A stretch of 64,000 nt of DNA from Pseudomonadota bacterium (GCA_039815245.1 JBCBZR010000011.1:3656-67655), one strand, 5' to 3'; shown: positions 1 through 9,372, counted from the stretch's first letter. The notes: generated by a model from the sequence alone, not told the origin. Numbers and translations are program-made.

Positions 1-805
1 CCGCGCGTGTCGCCCGCATTTGGTAGAGCTTTTCCAGCCGCCCTTGGTTGCGCTTGCGCCGGGCCGTGACCCCGCGTTCGAGCCAGTGCGCCTCAATCTT
101 CAGCTTGGCGTCCATCTTCTCTGCAGCGCGCGCTTCCTCAGCGTAGACTTGCTCTTCCCACGCCTCGTATCCGCCAAAGCCGACCTCCTTGCGCCGCAAG
201 GTGCCGCGGTCGATCCAGATTGTCGCGCGCGTGAGGCGTTTCAGGAAGGTTCGGTCATGGCTGATCGTGATAAATGCGCCTTTGTAGCGGCTTAGCCAAT
301 CTTCCAGCCAGTCAATCGCGCTCAGATCAAGGTGGTTGGTCGGCTCATCCAAAAGCAGCAGATCGGGGTCCTGTGCCAGCGCGCGGGCGATGGCGGCGCG
401 GCGCTTCTCGCCTCCGCTTGCGGTTGCCGCCTCGCGCTCCATGTCGATCCCGAGCTGGCCTGCAATCGCGTCCACTTCGTGCGCGGCTGGCGCGTCCTCG
501 CCGCCCAGCGCAAAATCCATCAGGCTATCGCACCCGGTGAAATCGGGCTCCTGCTCCAGAAACACGATCCGCGTGTTGGGCTTCACCCGGCGCGTACCGC
601 GATCCATTTCGATGCGGTCGTCGATCAGCTTTAGCAGGGTGGTTTTGCCCGCCCCATTTCGCCCGATCAGCGCGAGCCGGTCTCCGGGCAGAACGTGCAG
701 GTCAATCGGCTCGGCACCCTGTCCCGGCTGCGGACCGCCGAACAGCCAGCGCGCGCCCTGTTGCAGGGCCATGCCTTCAAGGCTGAGGAGTGGGGGTTGA
801 GCCAT
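1..805 (-). CDS. ABC-F family ATPase (Uup/EttA-like), N-terminal part; the C-terminus lies outside the window
   Basis: I translated the reverse strand from the ATG at 805: MAQPPLLSLEGMALQQG.... It has Walker A GRNGAGKTT, ABC signature SGGEKRR and Walker B LLLLDEPTNHLD, followed by a charged ABC-F linker. The frame stays open to base 1, so there is no stop in the window and the ORF is absent from the track. Confidence 0.85.
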   Translation of the reverse strand, partial: MAQPPLLSLEGMALQQGARWLFGGPQPGQGAEPIDLHVLPGDRLALIGRNGAGKTTLLKLIDDRIEMDRGTRRVKPNTRIVFLEQEPDFTGCDSLMDFALGGEDAPAAHEVDAIAGQLGIDMEREAATASGGEKRRAAIARALAQDPDLLLLDEPTNHLDLSAIDWLEDWLSRYKGAFITISHDRTFLKRLTRATIWIDRGTLRRKEVGFGGYEAWEEQVYAEEARAAEKMDAKLKIEAHWLERGVTARRKRNQGRLEKLYQMRATRA

Positions 806-862
806 AGGCCGCGCGACCTAGGCGCTGGGATCGCGCAGAGCAAGAGCGCGTTACGGGGCGTT

Positions 863-2431
863 CTACTCGCCAAGCTCAGCCTTTTTCGCCGCGACCATCG
901 CCGCCACATCCTCCAGCAGCGCAGGCGCATCGAACACGATGCCATCCTTGATCGTCCAACGCACGCCGCCCACCGTTTCAAGCCGGTTGGTCTCGCGGTT
1001 CAGCCGGCGGTGCCCGGTGCCATAGAGCACTTTGAGATTGGCGAGCGGATTGCCAGGCACGATCACAAGGTCAGCCAGCATCCCCTCGCGGATAACACCC
1101 ATGGGCGGCGTTTGACCCAGCGGTTCAAAGATTTCCTCGGCCCCCGATTGGGTCGCCGCGCGGATCACTTCGAGCGGGGTCAGCCCCGCCTCGCGCAGCA
1201 TTTCCAGCTCCTTCACATAGGCAAAGCCCCATGTCTGGTAGATATAGCCCGGATCAGAGCCCGCCGTGATCCGCCCGCCGCGCGCCTTGAAATCGCGCAC
1301 CAGTTGGAACCACTTGGCGTAAAAGCGCCGCCATGCAACCTCGTCTTCGCTCGTCCAATCGTGGTAATAGCTGCCGTGATTGGTGAGGCTGGGGCGGTAA
1401 AACGCCATCAGCGAGGGTAGGGTGTAGCGATCATGCCATTCTGCCGTGCGCGCGCGCATCACATCGCGGCTGGCGGAGTAGATGTTGAAAGTCGGGCTCA
1501 TGGTGACGCCGCTTTCGATCAGCGCATCGACATAGGCGTCCCACTTCGCGCTGCCGGGCTCCACTGTCTGATCCGTGAGCCGCGCGACCCAGGCAAAGCG
1601 CGATTGCTCATCGAGGTAATTGTAGCTCGCCGGATAATTGGGGAGAGCATTGCCTGCGAGCAGGCTCTCAAAATGGCCATAGAAGTGTGTGACCCCGTGC
1701 AAACCAGCCTTAGCCGCTGCGCCCGCATTGGTGGAGGCGACGCCGCGCTGGCCCAAATGCGCGACCGTGCCCAGACCGACTATGCGCGCTTCATCAATCG
1801 CGGCGCGCATCAATTCCGGTGTGGCCATGTTGAAGAACTTCACCCCGACATAGCCCTGCGCTTTCGCATCGCGGACCCAGCTGCGTGCGCCCGCATCGCT
1901 GCGCTCCAGTCCGCCTGCGCCAAAGACCTTGTAAGGGAACAGGCGCGGCGCGGTGATCGTGTTGGCGGCGCTACGCTGCGCATCGCTGACGCCGATATCG
2001 CCGGGCGCAAAATAGAACGAGACCCCGCGCACACTCGTCACCCCGTGGGCAAGCCAGAGCTTATAGCCATAGGAGGCCTGCGGAGCCTTGCGCGGATCGC
2101 CATTATGGCCGTGCGTGTCGACAAAGCCGGGCATGATGAACATGCCATCAGCCTCAATCACGCGGTCCGCTCGGATATTACCCGCGCCACCCCCCAAACC
2201 ACCGCGCGCGATGCGGGTGATGCGGTTGCCGGTGATGATGATATCGACCGGACCTTCAGGCGGTGCGCCGGTCCCCTCGATCATGGTCGCGCCCTTGATC
2301 AGGAGCGTTTCGTATGGCCCTTCGCCTTCGCCCGCCGCCCGCTCAGGCACGCGCTCCATGGCCGGCTGAGCGCTCAGCGGCATGGTGCAGACGAGAGCGG
2401 TCACAACCACACTCATGATTGATTTCAGCAT
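863..2431 (-). CDS. Secreted amidohydrolase-family metallohydrolase
   Basis: Part of ORF 863..2467. It has the motif PGFVDTHGHNG and a signal-peptide-like N-terminus, MLKSIMSVVVTALVCTMPLSAQP. I prefer the start at 2431 because a GGAGG lies about 11 nt upstream. Confidence 0.8.
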   Translation of the reverse strand: MLKSIMSVVVTALVCTMPLSAQPAMERVPERAAGEGEGPYETLLIKGATMIEGTGAPPEGPVDIIITGNRITRIARGGLGGGAGNIRADRVIEADGMFIMPGFVDTHGHNGDPRKAPQASYGYKLWLAHGVTSVRGVSFYFAPGDIGVSDAQRSAANTITAPRLFPYKVFGAGGLERSDAGARSWVRDAKAQGYVGVKFFNMATPELMRAAIDEARIVGLGTVAHLGQRGVASTNAGAAAKAGLHGVTHFYGHFESLLAGNALPNYPASYNYLDEQSRFAWVARLTDQTVEPGSAKWDAYVDALIESGVTMSPTFNIYSASRDVMRARTAEWHDRYTLPSLMAFYRPSLTNHGSYYHDWTSEDEVAWRRFYAKWFQLVRDFKARGGRITAGSDPGYIYQTWGFAYVKELEMLREAGLTPLEVIRAATQSGAEEIFEPLGQTPPMGVIREGMLADLVIVPGNPLANLKVLYGTGHRRLNRETNRLETVGGVRWTIKDGIVFDAPALLEDVAAMVAAKKAELGE

Positions 2432-2532
2432 CTTGCTCGACCCCTCCGGCTTCCCCACTGGCATCACTCTAGCCGGGTCAAGGTGCTTTGGATATAGCCG
2501 CCGAGATCACCGCATCTGAAAGGACGGTTTCC

Positions 2533-3294
2533 ATGATTAAGCCCGCTTTTGCCGCCGCTGTCGCGTTTGCGACCCTTGGCCACCTCAACGCCGCGCCGCT
2601 CTGTGCAGCGAGCGTCGAGATCGAAGCGGAAGGGCCGGTGATCGAGCTGAGCATTTACGAAGAAGTGGAGGCCGAGCCTGATCTGGTGACCATCGGCGCA
2701 GGCGTTGCAACCGATGCGCCGACCGCGGTGGAAGCACTGCGGCTCAACTCGGTCGAGATGCGCCGCGTGATTGACCGGATCAAGGCGTTGGGCATCGATG
2801 AAAAGGACATCCAGACCAGCGGGATCAGCCTCAACGCTGATTACAGCTACAACGATCAGACGCGGCAGTCTGAGTTCAAAGGCTACAGCGCTTCAAACCG
2901 AGTGAGCATCAAACTGCGCGACATTGATACGACGGGGCAGGCGCTTGATGCGTTGGTGGTGGCAGGAGCAACAGACCTGTCTGGCCCCTCATTCATGCTT
3001 TCCGATGACACGGCTGCCAAAACTCAGGCTCGCACGCGGGCGATGGCGCGCGGTGAAGAACTGGCGCTTGAATATGCGGCTAAGCTCGGAATGGACGGTG
3101 CCAAAGTGCTGATGGTCGAAGAGGGGACAGCGGGACGATCGATTTCGCGCGGTAATGTCCTGGGTGCGTTTGCAGCCAAGACGAGCGTGGAAACGATGGC
3201 ACCGGTTCAACCTGGTATGGTGTCAACTGGTGTCTTGCTGACCATAACGTATGAGTTGACCGGCGGCGAGGCTGCGAGCACGACCGGAGAGTGA
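2533..3294 (+). CDS. SIMPL/BP26-like periplasmic protein (DUF541)
   Basis: Part of ORF 2488..3294. It has the signal peptide MIKPAFAAAVAFATLGHLNAA and the SIMPL-like pattern LSGPSFMLSDD...ARTRAMARGEELALEYA. I chose the internal ATG at 2533 as the start. Confidence 0.75.
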   Translation: MIKPAFAAAVAFATLGHLNAAPLCAASVEIEAEGPVIELSIYEEVEAEPDLVTIGAGVATDAPTAVEALRLNSVEMRRVIDRIKALGIDEKDIQTSGISLNADYSYNDQTRQSEFKGYSASNRVSIKLRDIDTTGQALDALVVAGATDLSGPSFMLSDDTAAKTQARTRAMARGEELALEYAAKLGMDGAKVLMVEEGTAGRSISRGNVLGAFAAKTSVETMAPVQPGMVSTGVLLTITYELTGGEAASTTGE

Positions 3295-3394
3295 GGCTCC
3301 AAGGCCACAGATACACGGCGATACGCTGCTGAACGCTGGCTCGGCTCGATATTCACTGGTTGTTCAAAGCTCGATCGGTATTGATGACACCGTT

Positions 3395-3751
3395 ATGAAA
3401 CTGCCTCAGTCCCTTTTGTGTGCTGCTCTTGCCATTGCCGGGCTTGGTGCCTCGGCCATGCCGAGCGCGGCGCCGGCGGCTGAGTACGTGCCGCTCAATG
3501 CAACCTATGGCTTGCAGAACAACCCGGCTGGTGACCAGAATGAAGCCCGCCGGGAAATGCGGGCGGGCAAGGCCAAGAGCCTGCGCGAGATTGAGCGGAT
3601 GATCCTGCCCAAGATGAAGGGCGCGGAATATCTGGGGCCGTCGTACGATTCGGTCGCGCACGCCTATCGGCTGAAGTTTATCCGCAAGGGCCGGGTCATG
3701 TATGTTGATGTTGATGCGCGCACGGGCCGCATCATCAATCGCTCCAGCTGA
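3395..3751 (+). CDS. PepSY domain-containing periplasmic protein
   Basis: It has a signal peptide and the C-terminal pattern YRLKFIRKGRVMYVDVDARTGRII, which is typical of PepSY. It sits directly upstream of a two-component system. Confidence 0.7.
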   Translation: MKLPQSLLCAALAIAGLGASAMPSAAPAAEYVPLNATYGLQNNPAGDQNEARREMRAGKAKSLREIERMILPKMKGAEYLGPSYDSVAHAYRLKFIRKGRVMYVDVDARTGRIINRSS

Positions 3752-3867
3752 TCCGCTGATAGCCTAGGCCGCGGACATCACCCGTTCAAAGCATGCACTT
3801 GCTTGACTGTCCAAGCCCAAGCTTGCACCACACTCCAACTACATTTTCGTAAAGCTGATGGTGGACG

Positions 3868-4545
3868 ATGCGCATTCTGATTGTCGAAGACGAGCCGACA
3901 CTGGGCCAGCAATTGAAATCGACGTTGGAGCAGACCGGCTATGCCGTGGATCTGTCTACCGATGGCGAGGACGGGCACTTTCTGGGCAGCACCGAGGATT
4001 ACGACGCGTGCGTCCTCGACCTTGGCCTGCCAGAGATTGACGGGCTGAGCGTGCTGGGCATGTGGCGCAAGGAGGGCCGCGACTTTCCTGTGCTGGTGCT
4101 GACCGCGCGCGACAGCTGGTCTGACAAGGTCGCCGGGCTGGATGCGGGCGCGGATGATTATCTCGCCAAGCCGTTCCAGACCGAAGAGCTCATCGCCCGC
4201 CTGCGCGCGCTGATCCGCCGCGCTTCGGGCAACACTTCGTCTGAGCTGACTGCGGGCAATGTCCGGCTGGACACGCGCTCTGGCCGCGTCACACTGGATG
4301 GTGAACCGGTCAAGCTGACCGCGCAGGAATACAAGCTGCTCAGCTATCTAATGCACCACAAGGGCAAGGTTGTGAGTCGGACTGAGTTAATCGAACACAT
4401 CTACGATCAGGATTTCGACCGCGATTCGAACACCATCGAAGTGTTCGTCACCCGCATCCGCAAGAAACTCGGCGCAGAGGTAATCACTACAATCCGTGGC
4501 CTCGGTTACAGCCTCGACGACCCCGCAGACGCCCCAAGGGCATAA
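3868..4545 (+). CDS. OmpR/PhoB-family response regulator
   Basis: The receiver domain reads MRILIVEDEP...VLDLGLPEIDG...LTARD...K. The C-terminal winged-helix region reads LTAQEYKLLSYLM...IRGLGYSL. Confidence 0.9.
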   Translation: MRILIVEDEPTLGQQLKSTLEQTGYAVDLSTDGEDGHFLGSTEDYDACVLDLGLPEIDGLSVLGMWRKEGRDFPVLVLTARDSWSDKVAGLDAGADDYLAKPFQTEELIARLRALIRRASGNTSSELTAGNVRLDTRSGRVTLDGEPVKLTAQEYKLLSYLMHHKGKVVSRTELIEHIYDQDFDRDSNTIEVFVTRIRKKLGAEVITTIRGLGYSLDDPADAPRA

Positions 4546-5992
4546 CCCTGCGTCTGAGATCTCTGCTGCCCCCGTTTCGGCGGGAGCAGCGGACCTGACC
4601 GGCGGGTCGGCGGGTGAGGAAGAGCGCGCCGCTGAGGCCGGTGCCACTTCTGAAAAGCGCGCCAGTCTTGCGCGGCGCATGGGCTTTATTGCGGCGGCCT
4701 GGATCATTGTTTTGCTGCTTGGCGGCGGCATTGCGCTGGAGCGAACACTCACCGCGCAGGTGCAGGACAACCTCGATGAGCAGCTGCAGAACACGCTCAA
4801 CGCGATGATCGTCTCAGTTGAGATCGATCCACTGGGGGAGGCCTATTTCAACCTCCAGCTGGGCGATCAGAAGTTTCTTGAGCCGAACAGCGGGCGTTAT
4901 TGGCAGATCAATGGCGAAGGGCTGGAGCCCTATCCCTCGCGCAGCTTGTGGGATGACCGGACGCTGGAATTGCGCGGCGGAGACCCCGATGGGGAGGCGT
5001 ATTTCTATACGTCTGACCAATTCGCTGACGAACAATTGCGCATTGCTGAGCGCACCGTGATCCTGCCTGGCAGCGATCGTATCTGGACCTTTGCTGTCGC
5101 TCGCATAACCGCTGAGCGCGATGTGCAGATTACGCGAGTGCGCTTTATCCTGTTCTGGTCGTTCGCTGTGCTGGCGCTGGGGCTAATCGGAATGGCGCTC
5201 CTGCAAGTGCGCTATGGCCTTTCGCCACTGCGCCGGGTGCGCGCGGCGATCTCCAAATTGCGGACCACAGGGGACAATCGTATCACCGAACCGCTCCCGC
5301 TCGAGGTGCAGCCGCTGGTCGATGAGGTCAACGCACTGCTTGAGCACACCGAACGCCAGGCAGAAGAAGCACGCCGCCATGCCGGCAACCTCGCCCATGC
5401 GCTAAAGACGCCGCTGACGGTGCTGACCAATGCCGCGACCGCGCGCGATCCTGACATTGCCGAAGCGGTCTTTCGCGAAACGCGCCAGATGCAGCGGCAT
5501 GTCGATCACCACTTGGCGCGCGCTCGCGCGGTTGGGCGGCGCGCGGTTGGTCATGCCCGCACCAATGTGCGTGAGAGCGCTGAGGCTGTGCGCCGCGCGG
5601 TGGAGCGGCTCTATCCCGAGGGGCGGCTGGACATTGCGGGTGGCAAGACCGCGCAGGTCGCCATAGAGCGGCAGGACCTCGACGAAATCCTCGGCAACCT
5701 AATTGAGAACGCGGCGAAATATGGCGGCGGAAGTGTGTTTGTCACCATCGATGCCGAACCCGAGGCTGAGCAATGCGTGATCTGGGTTGAGGATGACGGC
5801 ACTGGCATCCCTGAAAAAGAGCGCGTCCGCATCTTTGACCGCGGCGCCCGGCTGGACACAGGCAAGCCCGGCACGGGGCTAGGCCTCGCCATCGTGCGCG
5901 ACGTGGCGGAGATTTACGGCGGTGGCGCGAAGCTTGGCGAGAGCGAGGATCTGGGCGGCTTGATGGTCGAACTCAGCCTTCCGCGCGCCTGA
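4496..5992 (+). CDS. Sensor histidine kinase (two TM segments, HisKA, HATPase_c)
   Basis: The H-box is NLAHALKTPLTVL, the N-box is LGNLIENAAKYG, and the G-boxes are EDDGTGIP and GTGLGLAIV. The start is uncertain: the ATG at 4496 overlaps the regulator gene by 50 nt and adds an Ala/Gly/Glu-rich N-terminus. Confidence 0.85.
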   Translation: MASVTASTTPQTPQGHNPASEISAAPVSAGAADLTGGSAGEEERAAEAGATSEKRASLARRMGFIAAAWIIVLLLGGGIALERTLTAQVQDNLDEQLQNTLNAMIVSVEIDPLGEAYFNLQLGDQKFLEPNSGRYWQINGEGLEPYPSRSLWDDRTLELRGGDPDGEAYFYTSDQFADEQLRIAERTVILPGSDRIWTFAVARITAERDVQITRVRFILFWSFAVLALGLIGMALLQVRYGLSPLRRVRAAISKLRTTGDNRITEPLPLEVQPLVDEVNALLEHTERQAEEARRHAGNLAHALKTPLTVLTNAATARDPDIAEAVFRETRQMQRHVDHHLARARAVGRRAVGHARTNVRESAEAVRRAVERLYPEGRLDIAGGKTAQVAIERQDLDEILGNLIENAAKYGGGSVFVTIDAEPEAEQCVIWVEDDGTGIPEKERVRIFDRGARLDTGKPGTGLGLAIVRDVAEIYGGGAKLGESEDLGGLMVELSLPRA

Positions 5993-6087
5993 CTGATAAA
6001 AACGAAGCGCGCCGCGAAGGGTTTTGTCCCACTGCGCGTTATGGGATGTAAGCGCTTAAGCAAACGGGGCCTCTTGCGCAGCAGGAC

Positions 6088-6714
6088 ATGACAATCGGAT
6101 CGGGCGATTCCCAGAATGATCCCGCCGGGGATGACGCGCTCGTCGCGCGCATTGCTGAGCGCGATGAAGCCGCGTTTCGGCTCGTGATAGGGCAGCATGC
6201 TGAGCGCTTGCACCGGATTGCCTATCGTATGGTGGGGGGCGCTCATGAAGCAGAGGATATCGCGCAGGAAGCCATGCTCAGACTGTGGGACAATGCAGCG
6301 CGCCTTGCCGCCCGAACAGATGCAGCGCCGGTGAGGCTGGGGGCGTGGCTAAAGCGAGTGGTGATCAATCTGGCGATAGATCGCCAGCGTGTCGCGGGTC
6401 GCCAGTCTGGCGGTGAAGTGCCAGAGCGCGCTGATGAAACGCCGCTCGCCGATGAGCAAATGGAGCAGGAGGAGAGCGCGGGCAGGGCGCGTGCGCTGAT
6501 TGCTGGCCTGCCGGATCGGCAGCGCGCGGCGATCGTGCTCACTTATTTTGAAGAACTTCCCAATGCTGAGGCGGCTGAAGTCTTGGACATGAACATCAAG
6601 GCGTTCGAATCGCTGCTGCACCGCGCAAGAGGCGCATTGCGAAGGGCCTTTGTGGCGCTTGAAGAGCACCCCGAAGAACACCCTCAAGAATATGGGGAGG
6701 AGCGGCATGAGTGA
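6088..6714 (+). CDS. ECF-type RNA polymerase sigma-70 factor
   Basis: The region 2-like stretch is AEDIAQEAMLRLW...INLAIDRQR. The region 4-like stretch is LPDRQRAAIVLTYFEELPNAEAAEVLDMNIKAFESLLHRARGAL. Confidence 0.85.
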   Translation: MTIGSGDSQNDPAGDDALVARIAERDEAAFRLVIGQHAERLHRIAYRMVGGAHEAEDIAQEAMLRLWDNAARLAARTDAAPVRLGAWLKRVVINLAIDRQRVAGRQSGGEVPERADETPLADEQMEQEESAGRARALIAGLPDRQRAAIVLTYFEELPNAEAAEVLDMNIKAFESLLHRARGALRRAFVALEEHPEEHPQEYGEERHE

Positions 6715-7684
6715 TGACAATCCCATCGGCCGCTCGTCCGCGCTGGGCGAACTGCTCGATGCAGACCGCGTTCCAGCCTTGTCAGGCGGTTTCGCGGATC
6801 GTGTTGTGGGCGCCACCAGCACCCGCGCCGCGCCGCTTCCCGAACTGCGCCGCAGCAAAGCTGGCGCTGGCCGGCGGCAAAATTTGCGTCGCTTTGGGAT
6901 GGCGGCGATCGCGGCTGGCGCTTTGGCAAGTGCGGCGGCTGCGACGGGCCTGCTCGATGATCTTCCAATTGCCCTGCCAAGCCCTGGCAAGGTGTGGGAT
7001 ACTCTAACGGGTCAGACGCCAGAGCCGCTGGCCACGCAAGGGGCAAATCAGCCGTCCATAAGGGCACCGGCCAGTGCGTCGATAGAGCCCGATGGGGAAG
7101 AGACGGTTGCGATCGAAGGGCCGATTGATACGCCTGAAGAGCTCGATGAGGCTTTCCGCCGGGTCGATAATGTGCGCGATGAGCGCAAGACCACGCGGCG
7201 CGGAAATGTTGATCGCCGGATTGAAGAGACACTTGAGCGCCGCCGCGAACAGGGCTTGCCAGCACCCACGCCTGAGGGTGAGGCGCGGCTTCGCAATCGA
7301 CTTGAGCAAATGCGCGAGCGCCGTGACCAGCAATCTGTGCAGCGGATCAAGGAACGGCGCGCAGAACTGCGCAAAAAGATCGAAGAAGGTGGCGAGCTGA
7401 CGCGGGACGAATTGATCGCGGCGGAACGCGCAGCCGGGCAAAGCCCCGAAGTGCAGGACCGCTTGCAACGCTTGCGTGAACTCCCGCCCGAAGAACGCCG
7501 AGCGCGGCTGCGGCAATGGCGCGAGAACCGCCAGCAACGCCGCGAGGAACGTCGGCAGGGATTGCAGCAATCCCCAGCGCAGGAAACGGAACCGCCGGAA
7601 CCCGAGCCCGCAGAGCTGGAAGCGCCCCTTGACGCGCCGGAAGATCCGCAAACGCTCGATGAGCCCTCGCCACCGCCAAAATAA
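6707..7684 (+). CDS. Putative membrane anti-sigma factor with a highly charged Arg/Glu-rich C-terminal region
   Basis: Its ATG at 6707 overlaps the sigma gene stop (ATGAGTGA). It has a single TM segment, FGMAAIAAGALASAAAATGLL, after a roughly 80-aa N-terminus. There are no cysteines, so it is not zf-HC2. The call rests on position only. Confidence 0.5.
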   Translation: MSDDNPIGRSSALGELLDADRVPALSGGFADRVVGATSTRAAPLPELRRSKAGAGRRQNLRRFGMAAIAAGALASAAAATGLLDDLPIALPSPGKVWDTLTGQTPEPLATQGANQPSIRAPASASIEPDGEETVAIEGPIDTPEELDEAFRRVDNVRDERKTTRRGNVDRRIEETLERRREQGLPAPTPEGEARLRNRLEQMRERRDQQSVQRIKERRAELRKKIEEGGELTRDELIAAERAAGQSPEVQDRLQRLRELPPEERRARLRQWRENRQQRREERRQGLQQSPAQETEPPEPEPAELEAPLDAPEDPQTLDEPSPPPK

Positions 7685-7808
7685 TTGCGCCGCGCGCGAA
7701 GGGTTTGCGTGCCTGCCTCGTCTAAGAAGGGTCGGTGCCGGGATTTGGTGGATCCAGCGGGCCGACGCACCCCGCCATTCGAGCGAAGACAGACGAGGAA
7801 AACCGATT

Positions 7809-8369
7809 ATGAAAACCTCCCTTATATTCACCGCCATCGCAGCCATCACCATGGCTTCGACCGCATCTGCGCAAGAGCAGACCGAAACGCGCTTCGTTGA
7901 GCGTCCAAACACCACCACCAGCACGACCACCACCGTGGATCGTGAGGCAGGTTCGATTGCGCGTGATCGTTCGATCACGAATAAGAACACCGGCAACACA
8001 GCCTCCAGCACGCTTGATCGTCAGCGCACTGACACTGGATCAGTGGTCAGCCGATCGCAGACCGGGCCAGCGGGCAACACCCGTTCGTTCGACGGTGAGC
8101 GCGTGCGGACAGAGAATGGGGCGACCTTCGATGGCACAGCCACAGGACGCGGCGGCAACAGCTACGGCGTGTCTAGCGCGCGCTCGCGCGATGGGCAGGG
8201 CAATTCCAGCGCCAGTCAGCGCGTCACCAATAACCAGAACGGCAACACGATTTACTCGCGTGACCGCACCACCACGCGCAGCGATGGCCGCGTGAACCGG
8301 AACGTGGAGACCTCGCGCCGGCAGGGAGCAAAGCGTCCGTCTCGTGCTCGTGGTCGGCGGCCGCGCTAA
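7809..8369 (+). CDS. Secreted low-complexity Thr/Ser/Asn/Arg/Gly-rich protein, hypothetical
   Basis: Internal ATG of ORF 7476..8369. It has the signal peptide MKTSLIFTAIAAITMASTASAQE followed by a compositionally biased sequence that ends in a basic tail, RRQGAKRPSRARGRRPR. Confidence 0.5.
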   Translation: MKTSLIFTAIAAITMASTASAQEQTETRFVERPNTTTSTTTTVDREAGSIARDRSITNKNTGNTASSTLDRQRTDTGSVVSRSQTGPAGNTRSFDGERVRTENGATFDGTATGRGGNSYGVSSARSRDGQGNSSASQRVTNNQNGNTIYSRDRTTTRSDGRVNRNVETSRRQGAKRPSRARGRRPR

Positions 8370-8466
8370 TGGCTTCTTGAACCCTGATCCCATTTGGTGG
8401 GCCATGCGCCCCAAGGGGCTCACCAAACCCGTCTCTCGCCATTCCATGGTCAGCGACGGCATCCTG

Positions 8467-8506
8467 AAGGTGCGCTGCCCTGATGGGGTGGCGCGCCTTC
8501 ATTTTG
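8467..8506 (+). terminator. Possible intrinsic terminator downstream of the ECF operon
   Basis: The hairpin pairs aaggtgcgc with gcgcgcctt (one G-U pair) and is followed by cattttg. The T-run is short. Confidence 0.3.
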
Positions 8507-8569
8507 CTGGCAACTGGCCCAAATCAAAGCGTTCAGCCGCAATTCAACCCAGTTCTCTAGGTTTCGGCT

Positions 8570-8947
8570 ATGCGCGCCGAAGCCATCCTTGTCGTTGTAT
8601 CCCTCGCGCTTACGGCGTGCTCATCGGGGCCGGACAGATCGGGCTTCCACGGCCAGCGCAGCGTCTTTCACAATCCGTACGGCCCGATCATCGTCACCGA
8701 CCCCACCACAGAGCATCCTCCCTATGTGATCTGCGGTCGCCGTAATTGCTTTCTGCTCGACAAAGATGGGAATTTCACCCGCATGTCTGGCAATGAGCGG
8801 CGGGCATGGCGCGATCAATTGGAGCGTGTTGAGCTCAATCAGGAACAGCGCGAATGGCTGGCCGCGCAAGGTGTGGAGGCCTCTGAACTGCCGCCACTCC
8901 AAATCCCAAAGCCGCCGCCTACCCGCACTGAGGATGACGAAGGCTAA
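8570..8947 (+). CDS. Hypothetical lipoprotein
   Basis: It has a lipobox-like N-terminus, VVVSLALTACSS. I recognise no family. Confidence 0.5.
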   Translation: MRAEAILVVVSLALTACSSGPDRSGFHGQRSVFHNPYGPIIVTDPTTEHPPYVICGRRNCFLLDKDGNFTRMSGNERRAWRDQLERVELNQEQREWLAAQGVEASELPPLQIPKPPPTRTEDDEG

Positions 8948-8950
8948 GGC

Positions 8951-9307
8951 TCACTCGGCTTGCGTGCGTTCCTTGTGGCTTTGGTTGTGCCCCTCATGAT
9001 GGCGGATCACTTCATCGATGATGAAGCGCAGGAACTTTTCGGAGAATTCAGGGTCAAGGTCCGCAGCCTCTGAGAGCGCGCGCAGCCGTGCGATCTGGCG
9101 CTTCTCACGCTCCGGGTCTGCAGGAGGCAGAGTGACGCGCGCTTTGTATTCGCCCACCGCCTGCGTGATGCGAAACCGCTCCGCCAGCATATGAATGATC
9201 GCGGCATCAATGTTGTCAATTGACTTGCGATAGCCGCTGAGCACCTGGTCCGCCGGAGCGGCTGGGTCAGCGTTGGCGGGTGAGGTGGCTTGCGTTTCAT
9301 GCGACAT
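8951..9307 (-). CDS. Chorismate mutase (AroQ class)
   Basis: The sequence IDNIDAAIIHMLAERFRITQAVGEYK...REKRQIARL...FIIDEVIRHH matches the AroQ helical pattern. I prefer the start at 9307 (MSHETQ). Confidence 0.8.
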   Translation of the reverse strand: MSHETQATSPANADPAAPADQVLSGYRKSIDNIDAAIIHMLAERFRITQAVGEYKARVTLPPADPEREKRQIARLRALSEAADLDPEFSEKFLRFIIDEVIRHHEGHNQSHKERTQAE

Positions 9308-9372
9308 GGGGTGCAAATTAGCAGCAATTGAAGGCTTGCCAAGCACTTGAACCAACTCCTAAAGCACCCCGC

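Noticed and set aside
8344-8745. A 133-aa forward ORF that spans the ECF-operon end and the lipoprotein gene start.
   Set aside because: It overlaps two better-supported genes in other frames. Its translation is Arg/Pro/Gly-rich and motif-free.
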